Shown in pieces: positions 40,928 through 54,578 of a stretch of 64,000 nucleotides of DNA. The notes beneath the pieces were generated by a model. The model was not told where the DNA came from and searched no databases. It saw only the letters and a list, made by a program, of their open reading frames with translations. This stretch comes from Utricularia gibba. Lineage: Eukaryota; Plantae; Magnoliophyta. The stretch spans positions 1,488,001 to 1,552,000 of the forward strand of contig NEEC01000018.1 in NCBI GenBank assembly GCA_002189035.1. The letters run 5' to 3'. The position numbers were made by a program, and so were the translations under genes. The first letter of the stretch is position 1; each line of letters starts with the position of its first letter.

Positions 40928-40961
40928 GTCGGCTGTCGGCTGACCTACTCTCTCGGCCGAC
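40928..40961. promoter_or_regulatory. Cluster of three DRE/CRT cores (GCCGAC)
   Basis: GTCGGC at 40928 and 40935, GCCGAC at 40956. Confidence 0.45.
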
Positions 40962-41484
40962 ATCGAAACACTGTTTCCACAGACTGGTAGCGTCCACCGT
41001 GGAATTCGTTGCGAGCCCACGAGCGGAAAGGTATGTGGACGAAAGGACAGCTCGAGGCCAGGTCCTAAAAGCAAGACCCAACTTGGACTGACAGGCGGCG
41101 ACAGCTCGGCCGGATGACGAGAAGGGAGCTTCTGCAACAGTAGTCTGGCTGATGGGTAGCTCAACCCCCACCTGCACAAACGACCAACCCGTGTGTTTGC
41201 TCAAGTGATGGTTTGTTTGGACGATTCTGGGAGCATTCGACATTGGGTTTTATACCACAACCCTAGAAATGTCACACAGAGAGATGGATTGGATTTTGTG
41301 AGGGGGAAATGGGACACTGCTGCTTCAATCTGATGATCTGAGAAGGGTTTTGTGTTGGGGAGGATATTGGGAAGCAAATACCCAGTGAAAAAAGGGAAGT
41401 ATTCCAAGTTTCGAGTTTGATTCTCTGTTTGTGTTGACCTAAGCAGAGGATGATATGGGGTAATGAAAAAATCTGTCTCCTTCA

Positions 41485-42066
41485 TCAGTAGCTCCACAGG
41501 CTTTCGCCGCCGTCTGAATTCTCCGGGGAGCTTCTAGTTTCCAATCTCGGCGGACTCACTAGCAATCCGCCAGCCATGTCAACCAGCAAATTATGCATAT
41601 TCAGGAGTTCCTCTTCGTCCACAAACCCACACTCACTTCTCGAAGCTTCTGGTGTCAAACAAGGCTCGACTTTCCCTGAACCCTGGCCGCAGTCGATCAT
41701 CCTTGCCGCCGAGGCTGCGGCCTGACGAATATCCGCGGCGGAGTTGGAATCAGGGACGGGGTACAGACTGGCCCGATCAGGAAAATTCAAGGACGCGTCC
41801 CCGCCCTTCAATGCCAGCGCGGCGACATCATAGGCCGCGGCAGCCATCTCAGGCGAGGTATACGTCCCTAGCCAGATTCGGGTCGTTTTCTTCGGCTCCC
41901 GAATCTCCGATACCCATTTCCCGCTGCGCAGCCGTATGCCACTAAAGGTTGGGTGTCGGCTGGGCGTGGAGTGAGACTTCTTGACCTTCTTGGGAGACGG
42001 GAGCTCAGACGGCGGCGTGTGATGCTCCGGCGCCATGCTAATAGACCGATCTCTACGCTCCGCCAT
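41485..42066 (-). CDS. AP2/ERF transcription factor, DREB A-4 subgroup (ERF025-027-like), intronless
   Basis: [44 protein letters not shown]...[40 protein letters not shown], terminal LWSY. Confidence 0.93.
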   Translation of the reverse strand: MAERRDRSISMAPEHHTPPSELPSPKKVKKSHSTPSRHPTFSGIRLRSGKWVSEIREPKKTTRIWLGTYTSPEMAAAAYDVAALALKGGDASLNFPDRASLYPVPDSNSAADIRQAAASAARMIDCGQGSGKVEPCLTPEASRSECGFVDEEELLNMHNLLVDMAGGLLVSPPRLETRSSPENSDGGESLWSY

Positions 42067-43809
42067 TGATTTCTATATGCTTCGAATCGCGGAAGAGATC
42101 TACTTCGTGCCATTTAATACACAGATCAACATAGCAGTAGCAATAGAAGCAACATGCCCCAACTCCCAACACCATATACAGCACTCACCAGCACCTGCCT
42201 ATCCAATGCTCATCTTCATTCTCCTCCACTGTTATATTATAACAAATAATCACATATCTAAAAATTAAAATTAAAATAATCAAGTATATAAAAGATTATA
42301 AATTATTAATAATCGATTAAACTCAATTTTTTGTAATAAAATAAACATTTATTATATAATTACTCTGTATACTAGTTGAATTTCTCAAATTCTTAATTTC
42401 AATTTCGCTGTCTCAGGTATCCGGTTAAGGAGACGCTTTCAATCATCCCAATTGCCAGCTTGTGTCTCTCAGCTTACCTAATATTTTAAATTGACAAAAT
42501 AAAACAATGAAGGTGTCGTACAAATGATTCATGATTCAAATTATAATCAGGGCCATTCTTTTTCTTTTTTTTTTTTAATTTTGAATATTTTTATTATAAA
42601 ATATAAATCATGATTGATCTTATTTTTAATGTTTTAAAACAATTAAAATTAATTTATCAGTTGGCAGTCTAAAAATTGTGGGCTTAATGGTCAATATTAG
42701 AAGTATTTAGAAATTTGTCCACCTTATCACTATTGTGTGCTATACTTAGTGTATTTTTTTTAATGTAGTATGTGTGAGAAAATGTTGGGATGATAAGATT
42801 TTTAAATAATACTCAATATTAGAATATGGGGCCCGTATTATTGAATAATTATCATCCTGGACAGATGTCACGTGCGACTGATTATTAATCCATTATTGCC
42901 CTGGACAAAATATGTCGAGAAAAAAGAAAAAAAAACAATATGAACGAAATGATAATATATATTATAACGAAATAATAAAAAGAATTCTAGGTTTTAAATT
43001 ATGACGTCACACACAGGTGGACATGCTTGCAAGATTGTGTACCTTGTCGTCCAAGGCGCACGTGATCTCGTCTGGTCGGGTGGAGCAAGTGACCCTTCAG
43101 TTTCTGGTACAGACATCACCTGCAACCTCACATGACCAAATAGCTGGAAGGCTTGGAATGGATCAGAGTGCCTGCATCCTTGGAGAAAATCATCGTCCAG
43201 TAGGCCGGATAAAAGACTCCAACTCGTTTAGAGCATTTTTAGTAATTTCCAAAAATGATGATGTATATTTTCTTTATTAAATTTTCTTTACGAAGTTTTC
43301 TAATTTATTTTATCATTTTTTGGAAATAAATATAAAAATCATAGAAAAAAACATGAAGTGAGATTTTTTTACAGAAGTTTAGTTTCTACAAGAAAACGAG
43401 ACTTACTTCTTTTAGTTTCCATAGAATGATATTTTACTAAATTACTGATTTCTGTAAAAATAATATTGATTTTAGAAAAGCTACATTAGTATTTGTGAAA
43501 ACTATTAAAAATGTTCTTAGAAATGTGAAACCTTCACACCTAAAATACTTGTTTGATATGAAAGTATAAAATTAGTTTATAATATGTTAAATAAAGTTAT
43601 GTTGTTTGATAAATAGGTATAATTATACCAATTTATACCTTCAAATATGAGTTTATGCATAACTAAGAAGGGATATAGATATTTTAAAAAATCTTCATAT
43701 TTGAGTTTGTTTAAACTCGAATAATTTAAATATATGAAAATTTAAATCAACTAACCCAACAAAACCTGAGTGTTTGAAGAAATGATTCTGAACAAGAGTG
43801 TGTGTGCGA

Positions 43810-44780
43810 GTCTTCTTCTCTTATCGTCTGAACATGGTTTCTCAACTTCTGCAACAGGCCTGCTTCAGTTTCAGCAGGGCCCTCATTGATCATCACCATG
43901 TATGCCATTGCATTTCCTCAGGTGTGGATGTTGCTTTGTGTGACAACTAACCTCAGAAACGATGGTACAGAATCAGCCACCAAGGCATCAGGATATGTTG
44001 ACAAGTGAAAAAGAACAAAGTAAGACAGATGGAGAAAAACGAAGCATCCACCTCTGCAGCAGAGTATCAACAAGGAGCATACAACTCCATGACAGAAGGA
44101 TGAGCTTCAATAAGTTGAACAAATGCAGAGCACACCTATGCAGCAGGGTATCAGAAAGTGAGCAGGGGTTAAAAATAAACTTATTAGCCAGGAATTGGAA
44201 AGTCCCATGCTAAGGATCAGCCAAACTAACCACTATTACAATTAGTAGTAGACAGCATAGTTCGACACCTCCGAATTCAGAAGCCATAGCAGATATGGAG
44301 CAGAATCATTGGAAAAAGCAAACAAGGCTAGCAAGTATTTATCCGTCGATAACAACAGAATCATGAAACCAGTTCGTGTATGCATACAAAAAACATCAAC
44401 ATTCATCATATGCACATCGTAGACCAAACTGACTTTCCTCACCTTTGACATGAGCATGGTGTATTGATTTACTGAAGCCACAGAAAGCTTCCGTAGAATA
44501 GCATGGGGTGAACGAAGAGCTGCTCATTCCATAAAATAAAGAAAATAAGCGGCAAAAGGAGTAAACAGAGGAAAATTGAGAAACCACATTTTCACAACTG
44601 AAAACCTAAAAGACTGTATTTTGAAAATATATCAACAGAACCTCCATGAATCCTGGAAGAAAGACATCGATGGGCCGTTCAGCAGGTCCAAAAACATCAC
44701 AATCAGGCATTTGAGGAACATCTTCACGGATCTGGGTTGCAGCAAGGGCGTAAGTCCTTTCAAAATATAGCTAGCATCCC
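43810..44780 (-). pseudogene. TRN1: Fragmentary unprocessed pseudogene of transportin-1 (importin beta-2)
   Basis: Successive exon remnants QIREDVPQ..D.DV.G.AERPIDVFLP / SPHAILRKLSVASVNQYTMLM / LSTDKYLLALF..SND.A / VCSAFVQLIEAHPS..E / MAY..DD match the order in plant TRN1 as recalled. Frameshifts and a damaged splice donor; no N- or C-terminal portions seen. Confidence 0.8.
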
Positions 44781-46102
44781 TAGACAACAATGGATCTAAC
44801 AAACACGAAAGAATGCATTCGCAGCTTCCAAGAAAAACACCAGACAATCACAACCCACCTCAGAATTCCAAGAAAAAGATAGACGAATTCCAAATTCATC
44901 ACCCCCCACGAAGTGCCAGAAAACCCCAAATTTTCCGTTACCCATGTTAGATGTTTGAATTCAAAATTATGATAAATTCTTTTGATTTTAATTTGATTTG
45001 ATAAATTCAAAATTAATATATTATTAATATTTAATTCATTTTATTTTCTCAGAGACTAGTACGGATTTATACGTTTTTAATATTGCATTATTAAATTAAT
45101 ATTATTATTTATTATTTCTAAATTAAGGGCTACATACTTTCTTCATTTTATAATCTCATTTTATTAAGAATAAGAGTGAGGTTATTCCTACATTCTATAA
45201 AATATTTTTTAAAAAATTAGAATTAAATTATGTGAGAATAAAGAATAAAAATATATATTTATTATATTTTTATTTTATAAAATGAAAATACAATAAAATA
45301 TATATATACATAATATATTTTATAATATATTCTTTTCACCTACTTTTATTTCATTCATTCCTTCTTCTTCATCATCTTTCTTCATCACATTCATTTCATC
45401 TTTTCTCAATTCATGCGACATTTATGTATTCAATTACGAACAACACCTAAGCTTATACTATTGTAAATCAAACATAAAAACAAAAAAACAATCAAAAACA
45501 AAAACACAAAACAATAAAAAACCTCAAATACGTATAATTAGAACCCTGTATGCACACATCATACAGGAAATTTTTTTCAATTAGTAATATGAGATCACCT
45601 TATTCATTCTCCAATACAAGAAATTTCCAACATACACATCACAGAATATGCAACTTTAGAGAATTAGGAACACATTTGGAACGAAATTTTCCCGACAGAG
45701 TCACCTTTCTTGGAAGCACAATGGAGTATGTAGTTGGTTAGCGTGTCACAAGGGTGGGGGGATGGAGGAAAGCAGGCGCATGTGATGAGTTGAGGAGCAG
45801 AGGCGCCGGTTAGGGAGGACGACGCCATGGAATCCATCTTCTACTACAACGCATGTTCCCCTCCATACACCCATCTGCAAATAGGCCGATGACGTGCCCA
45901 TCAAAGTAACATGGCGCCACAAAGAAAGCCCACGTTCCCACCAACATATTCACCCAAGAATGTATTCCGGAACTACCCCCCATCTATGTCAATGGGATAA
46001 TCTTTCATATAATAAGAATACATGGTTAACGAAACAAACCTGAAATGTCGCATTCTTAGACGTCGTTTAATAGTAAGATATTAGTATATTTAAATATAAT
46101 GT

Positions 46103-46107
<5 letters not shown>

Positions 46108-46138
<31 letters not shown>
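46108..46138. repeat. (AT)n microsatellite
   Basis: Run of alternating AT. Similar runs occur near 40547-40568 and 54185-54215. Confidence 0.85.
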
Positions 46139-46140
<2 letters not shown>

Positions 46141-46707
46141 TTAATTATATGTAATATTTGATATATAAAAATAAAAATTTGAGTATATAGATATAATTAA
46201 TTCTTCTTCTTTCTATCTTTTATTTGTATATATTATTCATATACTCAAAAAATTAATTTATAAATGATATAAATATATAAGATGGACATGCATATATATA
46301 TTAGTTAATTAAATAACGATATATATGTAATTCATTAAATAAAGCGGAATGTATGTGCATCTACTAGAATGGTTGCTTGAACCATATTTGGTTATATGAC
46401 AAGATTCTTGTCATCGTCCACATTGACAATATTTCGCTTTATATTTTAATTCATTAAATAATTTGAAAATTATTTTAAATATGTATTATTTACATTTTAT
46501 AATTAAAGTCTGATATTTCTAATTTTTTGTGCTGAAAAATTAAAAAAACTTTTCTAATAAAACTGAAAATGGTGATTAAAAATATTTTACTTTTTGGGAC
46601 GGTTATTAATAGTGAGGGAGGCGCACATCGTTCGCAGCGCACCAATCCTCGTTTGCCCCAGAAACGGCACGCAAACCCCACGCCCTGTTGCAGCTCACTC
46701 ATTTCAC

Positions 46708-47534
46708 ATGGGCATCGACGACGCCTCTCACGCCGGTCTCGTTTTGGGGCTGGGATTCTCGTGGGCGGGGACGGAGGAGAGCCCCGGGACGGCGGGGATG
46801 GCGGAGGAGAGTAGCTTCGATTGCAACGCGGAGCCTTCCTTGACTCTCAGCCTCTGTGATTTGGAGAAGAAGGCGGATTCGCAGGGAGGCGCTTCTTCTC
46901 TCACAAGCGTCAAGAGGGATTGTTCCAGAGTCAGCGACGAAGATGACGACGGATCCAACGCCAGGAAGAAGCTCCGGCTGACGAAATCGCAATCCGCTCT
47001 GTTGGAGGATAGCTTCAAAAAGCACACCACTCTTAATCCTGTAACCGTCTATTCGAAATTTCCGGTTCGGATTTTGAAAATCGGGATTCCTCTGTTCATA
47101 ATCCCCTGTTCAATTCTTAGATTCAGAAACAAGGGCTTGCCCGCGAGCTCAAACTCACTCCTCGTCAAGTAGAAGTGTGGTTCCAGAACAGAAGAGCCAG
47201 GTTTGTTCCCATTTCCCTCTTCCGTAAATCAATCAAACCCAGAAACACACGAAATCGGTGTTGGATTTGCAGGACGAAGCTGAAACAAACGGAAGTCGAC
47301 TGCGAATTCCTCAAGAGACTATGCGAAACGCTGAGGAACGAGAACCGGCGCCTGCAAAAAGAGTTGCAGGCCCTCAAATCCGGATCCCCCTCCTGTACCC
47401 AGATTCCGGCGATCACAATATGCCCTTCATGTGAACGGATCGCCGGCGTACCGGATGCTCCCCCGGGTCAGAGCACCTGCATGACCCCCCGCAAGAAACA
47501 ACTAGCATGCACTGCTAATCAATTGCTAGTGTAA
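46708..47534 (+). CDS. Homeodomain-leucine zipper class II (HAT22/HAT9-like)
   Basis: LVLGLG EAR-like motif, [53 protein letters not shown]. Exons 46708-47040, 47121-47200, 47273-47534. Confidence 0.94.
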
Positions 47535-49610
47535 ATGCAAAGGAGAAGCAGCAGCAAGATGCGTCCGGTTGGACGGCGGAGCACGTTTTTTTTTTTTTTT
47601 TTTTTTGTTGAAGATTTGATCAGATCAGCAGTAGCAAGGTGACAAGGACTCCTCTAATCATGATTAAGTGTATAATCAAAACATTATTACTCCCATTTGT
47701 ATCCTACTAATCACTATATCAAAATTCATAATAACCACATATTATAGATTTAAATTTAAAATATATTTAATAAATAAATGTTGTTATATTAAATTTAAGA
47801 AAACTACTATGGTGTTAATTTATTTCTATTTAAAATATAAAAAATGGAGTTTTATAAATTAAAAATAAATATCTTTAAATTTATCTATATTATAAAAATA
47901 TCTTTTATATTACTACAATGATTGAAATATACTCATATTAAAATTAATACTTTAATAAATTAATCGCAACAAAGAATTATTTGAAGAGAGGGGACCGTTG
48001 AAATTGCTTTATACGAAATATGAATATAATTTTTAAATTTATGTTACAAATTCAGTAAATAATTCTAAAATTATAAAAATATGAAAATTAAAAAAAAATT
48101 GACATCTCTAATGATTGAACGAACAAGTTCCTTATATGAGTTAACTTGCATGATGAATTTGAATAAAATCTTTTATATAATATATATTCAAATCTTTTAA
48201 GATTATCTTTGAATCTTTATTTAAATATTGATTGTTGTATCAAATCTTTATTGATGTACCTCATCATGGGACTGAATTTATGCACTCGTACAAATATTTA
48301 GTAAATATTTAAAATAAATTGTTGTCCATAAATTCATAAATGTTGAATAAATAATAGTATCTAGGAACTCAAAATCCAGCCGTCCATAGTTTAAATGATA
48401 ATGCTGCGTGTAGCATGTAGTATGTAGTATGTAGCATGGTCATGGTACGGTTAATAAATGATTGATGGGGGATGGGGATGGCGATGGTCCATGGAGGCGT
48501 GGAGTGCTCCTCCAGGGGTGACCGCTGGGCCATGCTCCACGTGATTGCACCCCCCATCAAGGAGATGGATGGCGGGCCCACCAATTAACTGCTGTCGTTT
48601 TGTGTCCTCACTTAATTAATTACACTTGTCTTGGGTCCCACCAATCCATCTAAATCTTCTAATTTTGGATTCGGAACCGCCTTCTCCTTTCCTCACGGAT
48701 TTTATGCCATATTCTCATCTCTCTTTTAGCCCTTGTCATCCAAAAGCCCCTTTTCGCTCACATCCCGAATATATGCACTCACATTATGGAATTATTGTGT
48801 AGTGCTTCAAATTATGTAAAATAGAATCAGTTTTTAGATCATATGAATATAATTAATTTCAGATTGTAAAATTGTTTGTAAGTTAATATAAAACTATATT
48901 ATAAAATTTAAATATTATGATATATATATTATAATAGATAAAAAAATAAATAATATTTTTTAATAATTAATCTATTATTTACCATTAAAATAGGATCCAA
49001 AAAATTTAATAATTTTTGAAGTTAATAACAGAATTTAAATTTTTGATTCTACTATAGATCTTCAAAAATTATTATAATATAACATGTCCTATGTTTCATT
49101 ATGGAATTTAAATATATATTAAACATATTTTAATAAAATATATAGATAGGATAGGGATACATGAACAATTGATGAATTGTAAGTCAGATGAAAAATATGT
49201 TTTAAAGATTTTATTTATATAAAAAGAAAATTATACCCTCATGATTGTGTGATATAAATAAAGGAAAGAAATATAGGATAAAAATATCAAATAGTTGTGG
49301 AAGGAATATCTAAATCTCATTTGTAAAGGTGTGATGTGAAATTTTGATATATTTATTAATTTTTTATCTAATATTATCTATTAAATATATGGTAATAGAA
49401 TATTGAGCAACATGTGTATTTTAATTTATTTGAGATTAATTTGCATAAAAATTAAAGACGATGATGAAGTTGGCACATGTGTTGATACTTTAATAAAGGA
49501 TTAATTTATATTAAAAAATTGTATTTTAACATAAAAAAATTAGAAAAAGGACAGGATGATGCGAGTTTTTAGGGGAAAAGGAAAGGGTGGGGGTGTGTGC
49601 AGACAGGTAG

Positions 49611-49687
49611 TGACGTGTTGGACCGACCGTACAGATAATGGACACGTAAGGGGCGGCACCAGGAACAAGGCCTGCCGACACACACGT
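49611..49687. promoter_or_regulatory. Dense ABRE + DRE module
   Basis: ACGTG at 49613, ACCGAC at 49622, GACACGT at 49641, GCCGAC at 49674, CACACGT at 49681. Confidence 0.5.
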
Positions 49688-50469
49688 TTGATGTTGCCTT
49701 GGCTTGTCTTGCGGTTATCTCTCACTCACTCCAGAGATCTTCTTCTTCTTCGGGTTTTCCGGCAACCGGGATGCGCCACCGGCTTGGCGGCGGCGGGTAT
49801 GGGCTCCGGCGGGATCAAATGCCCCTCCCAATAGCTTTTCTTTCGAGCACAAGGCTATTCCGATGGGAATAGTGTTGAAATTAAGATGAATTTCAAATAC
49901 ATAATAAATATAAATTATATTAATAAAAATTAAGTTTAATGAATTAATAATAATTCATAATTTATTATATATTTGATTATTTTACTTTTATATAGAATTA
50001 TTTATTGTAATATATGGATGTCGCATGTGGTTAAGGTTTGTTTATTCATGTGACGCGACAGCTGTTTTGTTTGTGTTAGAAGAGTTGAGTATGCATGATC
50101 CATGGCGGCTGGGTGTTTGTTCCTTGGAACCTTCCTTGCACGCAACCAGTCATGGCGATAGGGCATCTCTGAGTCTTGTTCTTTGGTTCATTCACACAAT
50201 TTGGTGGATGTGGAACACATTGCCGGACAGTTAGGGAGCTGTCAAAAGCAGCAACAGAAGACAAGACAAGAGGGGCATGGGAGCTATCACAATAACACAG
50301 ACCAGAGGCAAGATGGTAGCAAAGAAGAACAGAGGATCTTTCATGGATTCCTTCTATTAAGAAAAGTATGGTGTTCTTGGCAAGTGTTTTCTTTGCATTT
50401 CCAGTTGAAGTTTGTATAGTTTAGTTTGGGATTGTTATTGGGGTGTAACAGTGACATCATCTTGATCAT

Positions 50470-51339
50470 GAGCCATCTTCATCCATGTGATGCAGAGGGC
50501 TCATCTCCCTCAACTTCTCAACACGCTTAGCAGTCCAATGGATGCGTAAGCCATAACCTCAAACCCCATCAAAAGGCCTTCTCCCTCGACGGAAGTGAAT
50601 GGCAAGTTCTGATTTCCAGGACCTTCTGGTTTATTGCTAACAGTACTCAGTAATCTGTCCTGCAGAATTTTTCTTCTTTTTCCATCATGCTCCATTTCCC
50701 CAGGATTTGAGCAGTATCATTGTGCAGAGGGACATTTAACTCCTTGAAAGTATATGTTCCCAGTTTCCTCAATGGGCTGGATTACACCAATCTTACTGTT
50801 CACCATCATCACTGAAACCAACCCGGTATGAGTAACATCAAAGCCCTCCTGCTGCAGATGAGGGCAGGAATCCAACGCACACATGGTGCTTCTTCTCCCT
50901 GTAGAAGTGCAAAACACAATTGGTTGAGATGTTATTTGATTCCGTTGCACCAGAGGGGAAATTATCTCTTTTGGGGAAGCAACCTGGCCATGGCGCAACT
51001 TCACTCTCTGATCCGCAACCATAAACATGTGTTCGGGAACGAGGATTTCAAATAACGAGAAACATAATATGGAAGCATCGCATCGAGCACCACTGGATCC
51101 ACCGCTGATGTTGGCTGCATATCTAGATACAAGTGTCTGCCAGAGATTTCAGCACCCTTCATGGTTGAAGAAAGGGTGCACCTTTGGAATTCTTGAAATG
51201 TCAGTTTTTTAACAACCTTCATGGCTAGATTCATCCTCAAGCGGCTGGAAAACCCGGGCAGAGAAGAAAGGGTGCACCTTTGGAATTCTTGAAATGAAAG
51301 TGTATGCTCTGAGATCAGAGCTTCAAAGCAATTTCTCAT
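50470..51339 (-). pseudogene. NFS1: Pseudogene of mitochondrial cysteine desulfurase NFS1 with multiple large internal deletions
   Basis: [125 protein letters not shown]. The PLP-Lys (S.HK) and catalytic Cys (SGSAC) regions are absent. Confidence 0.92.
51167..51296. repeat. Perfect 34-bp direct repeat inside the NFS1 pseudogene 5' part
   Basis: GAAGAAAGGGTGCACCTTTGGAATTCTTGAAATG at 51167-51200 and 51263-51296. Confidence 0.92.
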
Positions 51340-51788
51340 ACGAATTCCAATAACAAACTCCCACTACAGCAGCTCCATGAAGTCGAAAAGAATAAGAAAA
51401 CACATTCAAATAAGGAGAACGCCATGGAACCTAAATGCAAAACACAGCGGACGACATTCTTTTCTAGAAGATGAAATCACACAATTTGAAGCAGAACAAC
51501 GTGGGGCTCAAAAGGGCCCAGGACGACCGGTGACGACAGCATCCCATGGGGGAAGGATTCTATTTTATGGGTTCTTTCTCGGAAATCGGCAGGCCCATTT
51601 CATCATGTCCGGCAGCGCTTGCCGGCCTGAAATGAAAACATTCTGGTCCAAACCTCTAAATCCAATATCGGTGAAGCTAAGGCCAATTTGAGGTCTGCAA
51701 CTACGCCGTCGCCACCGTCGGAGGAGCGTGACCAACTGAAATATCTTCACCTTAACATACGAAGTATTCTTTATTTTCCTTTGAATTC

Positions 51789-53704
<1,916 letters not shown>

Positions 53705-54578
53705 CAGTTGCATGAATTAGATTTCAGTAGCACTCCTTCAATATAACTGTACCTTTTTGTTAAAACTATGTATTTGTTTAGAAACAATTCTAAAAATATT
53801 GAATTTTTTTCACGCATCCACACTAGTGGCTATGGCTAATTGAGAATTATCATGTTTTTTAAAAAATATCAACTTTTTTTTAGACATCCACAATATGTGG
53901 ATGTTTAAAAAAAATATATATTTTTATAGTTTTTTTTTTTTCATACATTCATAATGATTTAGATGATTGTTTGAGTTATTGTTTTGTAACAGGATATAGA
54001 AGTTACATTTATAAGTTTATATATATAACGTGATTTGATTGATCAGTATATATATATTAATCTGTTATATTAATGACATACTCATTTTTTGATTATATGA
54101 ATAATATATGAAGATGTTTTAGTTATATATATTATTCACATATTTAAATTTTTATTCTTACATATAAAAGGTTATTTATAATTGAATATATATATATATA
54201 TAATTATATATATATAATTATATTATATTTAAACATATTAATATCTTATTATCAAACGAAATCGTGGATTTAGAACCATAAGTTTCAGTGGTTTCAAAAC
54301 GAGTTGGAACCACAGTTTTTCAATTCCAATAATAATGAACAGGTTCGACATTATACCAGCAGTACAAATTTTGAAGCCAAATCGGAACCCAAACCTAGAT
54401 TTCAACCGAGTACAACTCTATTCCAAACCACATCAATTTAGTGTGGGGCCCGTATCTAATGCATTTGTTCAACTAATGCGGTAGATATTTATTTATTTGT
54501 TATAAATAAACACAAAATCAAATTTATTAACCCCCAAGCACTTGGGCAACTGTGTCTCAGGTCTGAGCTCGGAGCGCC

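Noticed and set aside
44088-44106. TGACAGAAGGATGAGC resembles miR156
   Set aside because: It is the antisense of a TRN1 exon remnant, only a partial match, and has no hairpin.
44044-44165. Two similar ~36-nt units suggesting tandem snoRNAs or TAS3-like repeats
   Set aside because: On the minus strand they are branch-point and acceptor regions of consecutive relic introns. No C/D or H/ACA architecture, tasiARF sequence or miR390 site is present.
50090-50140. ARKVPRNKHP resembling a CLE peptide
   Set aside because: It lacks the G.P.P.H core and is separated from the hydrophobic ORF by stops.
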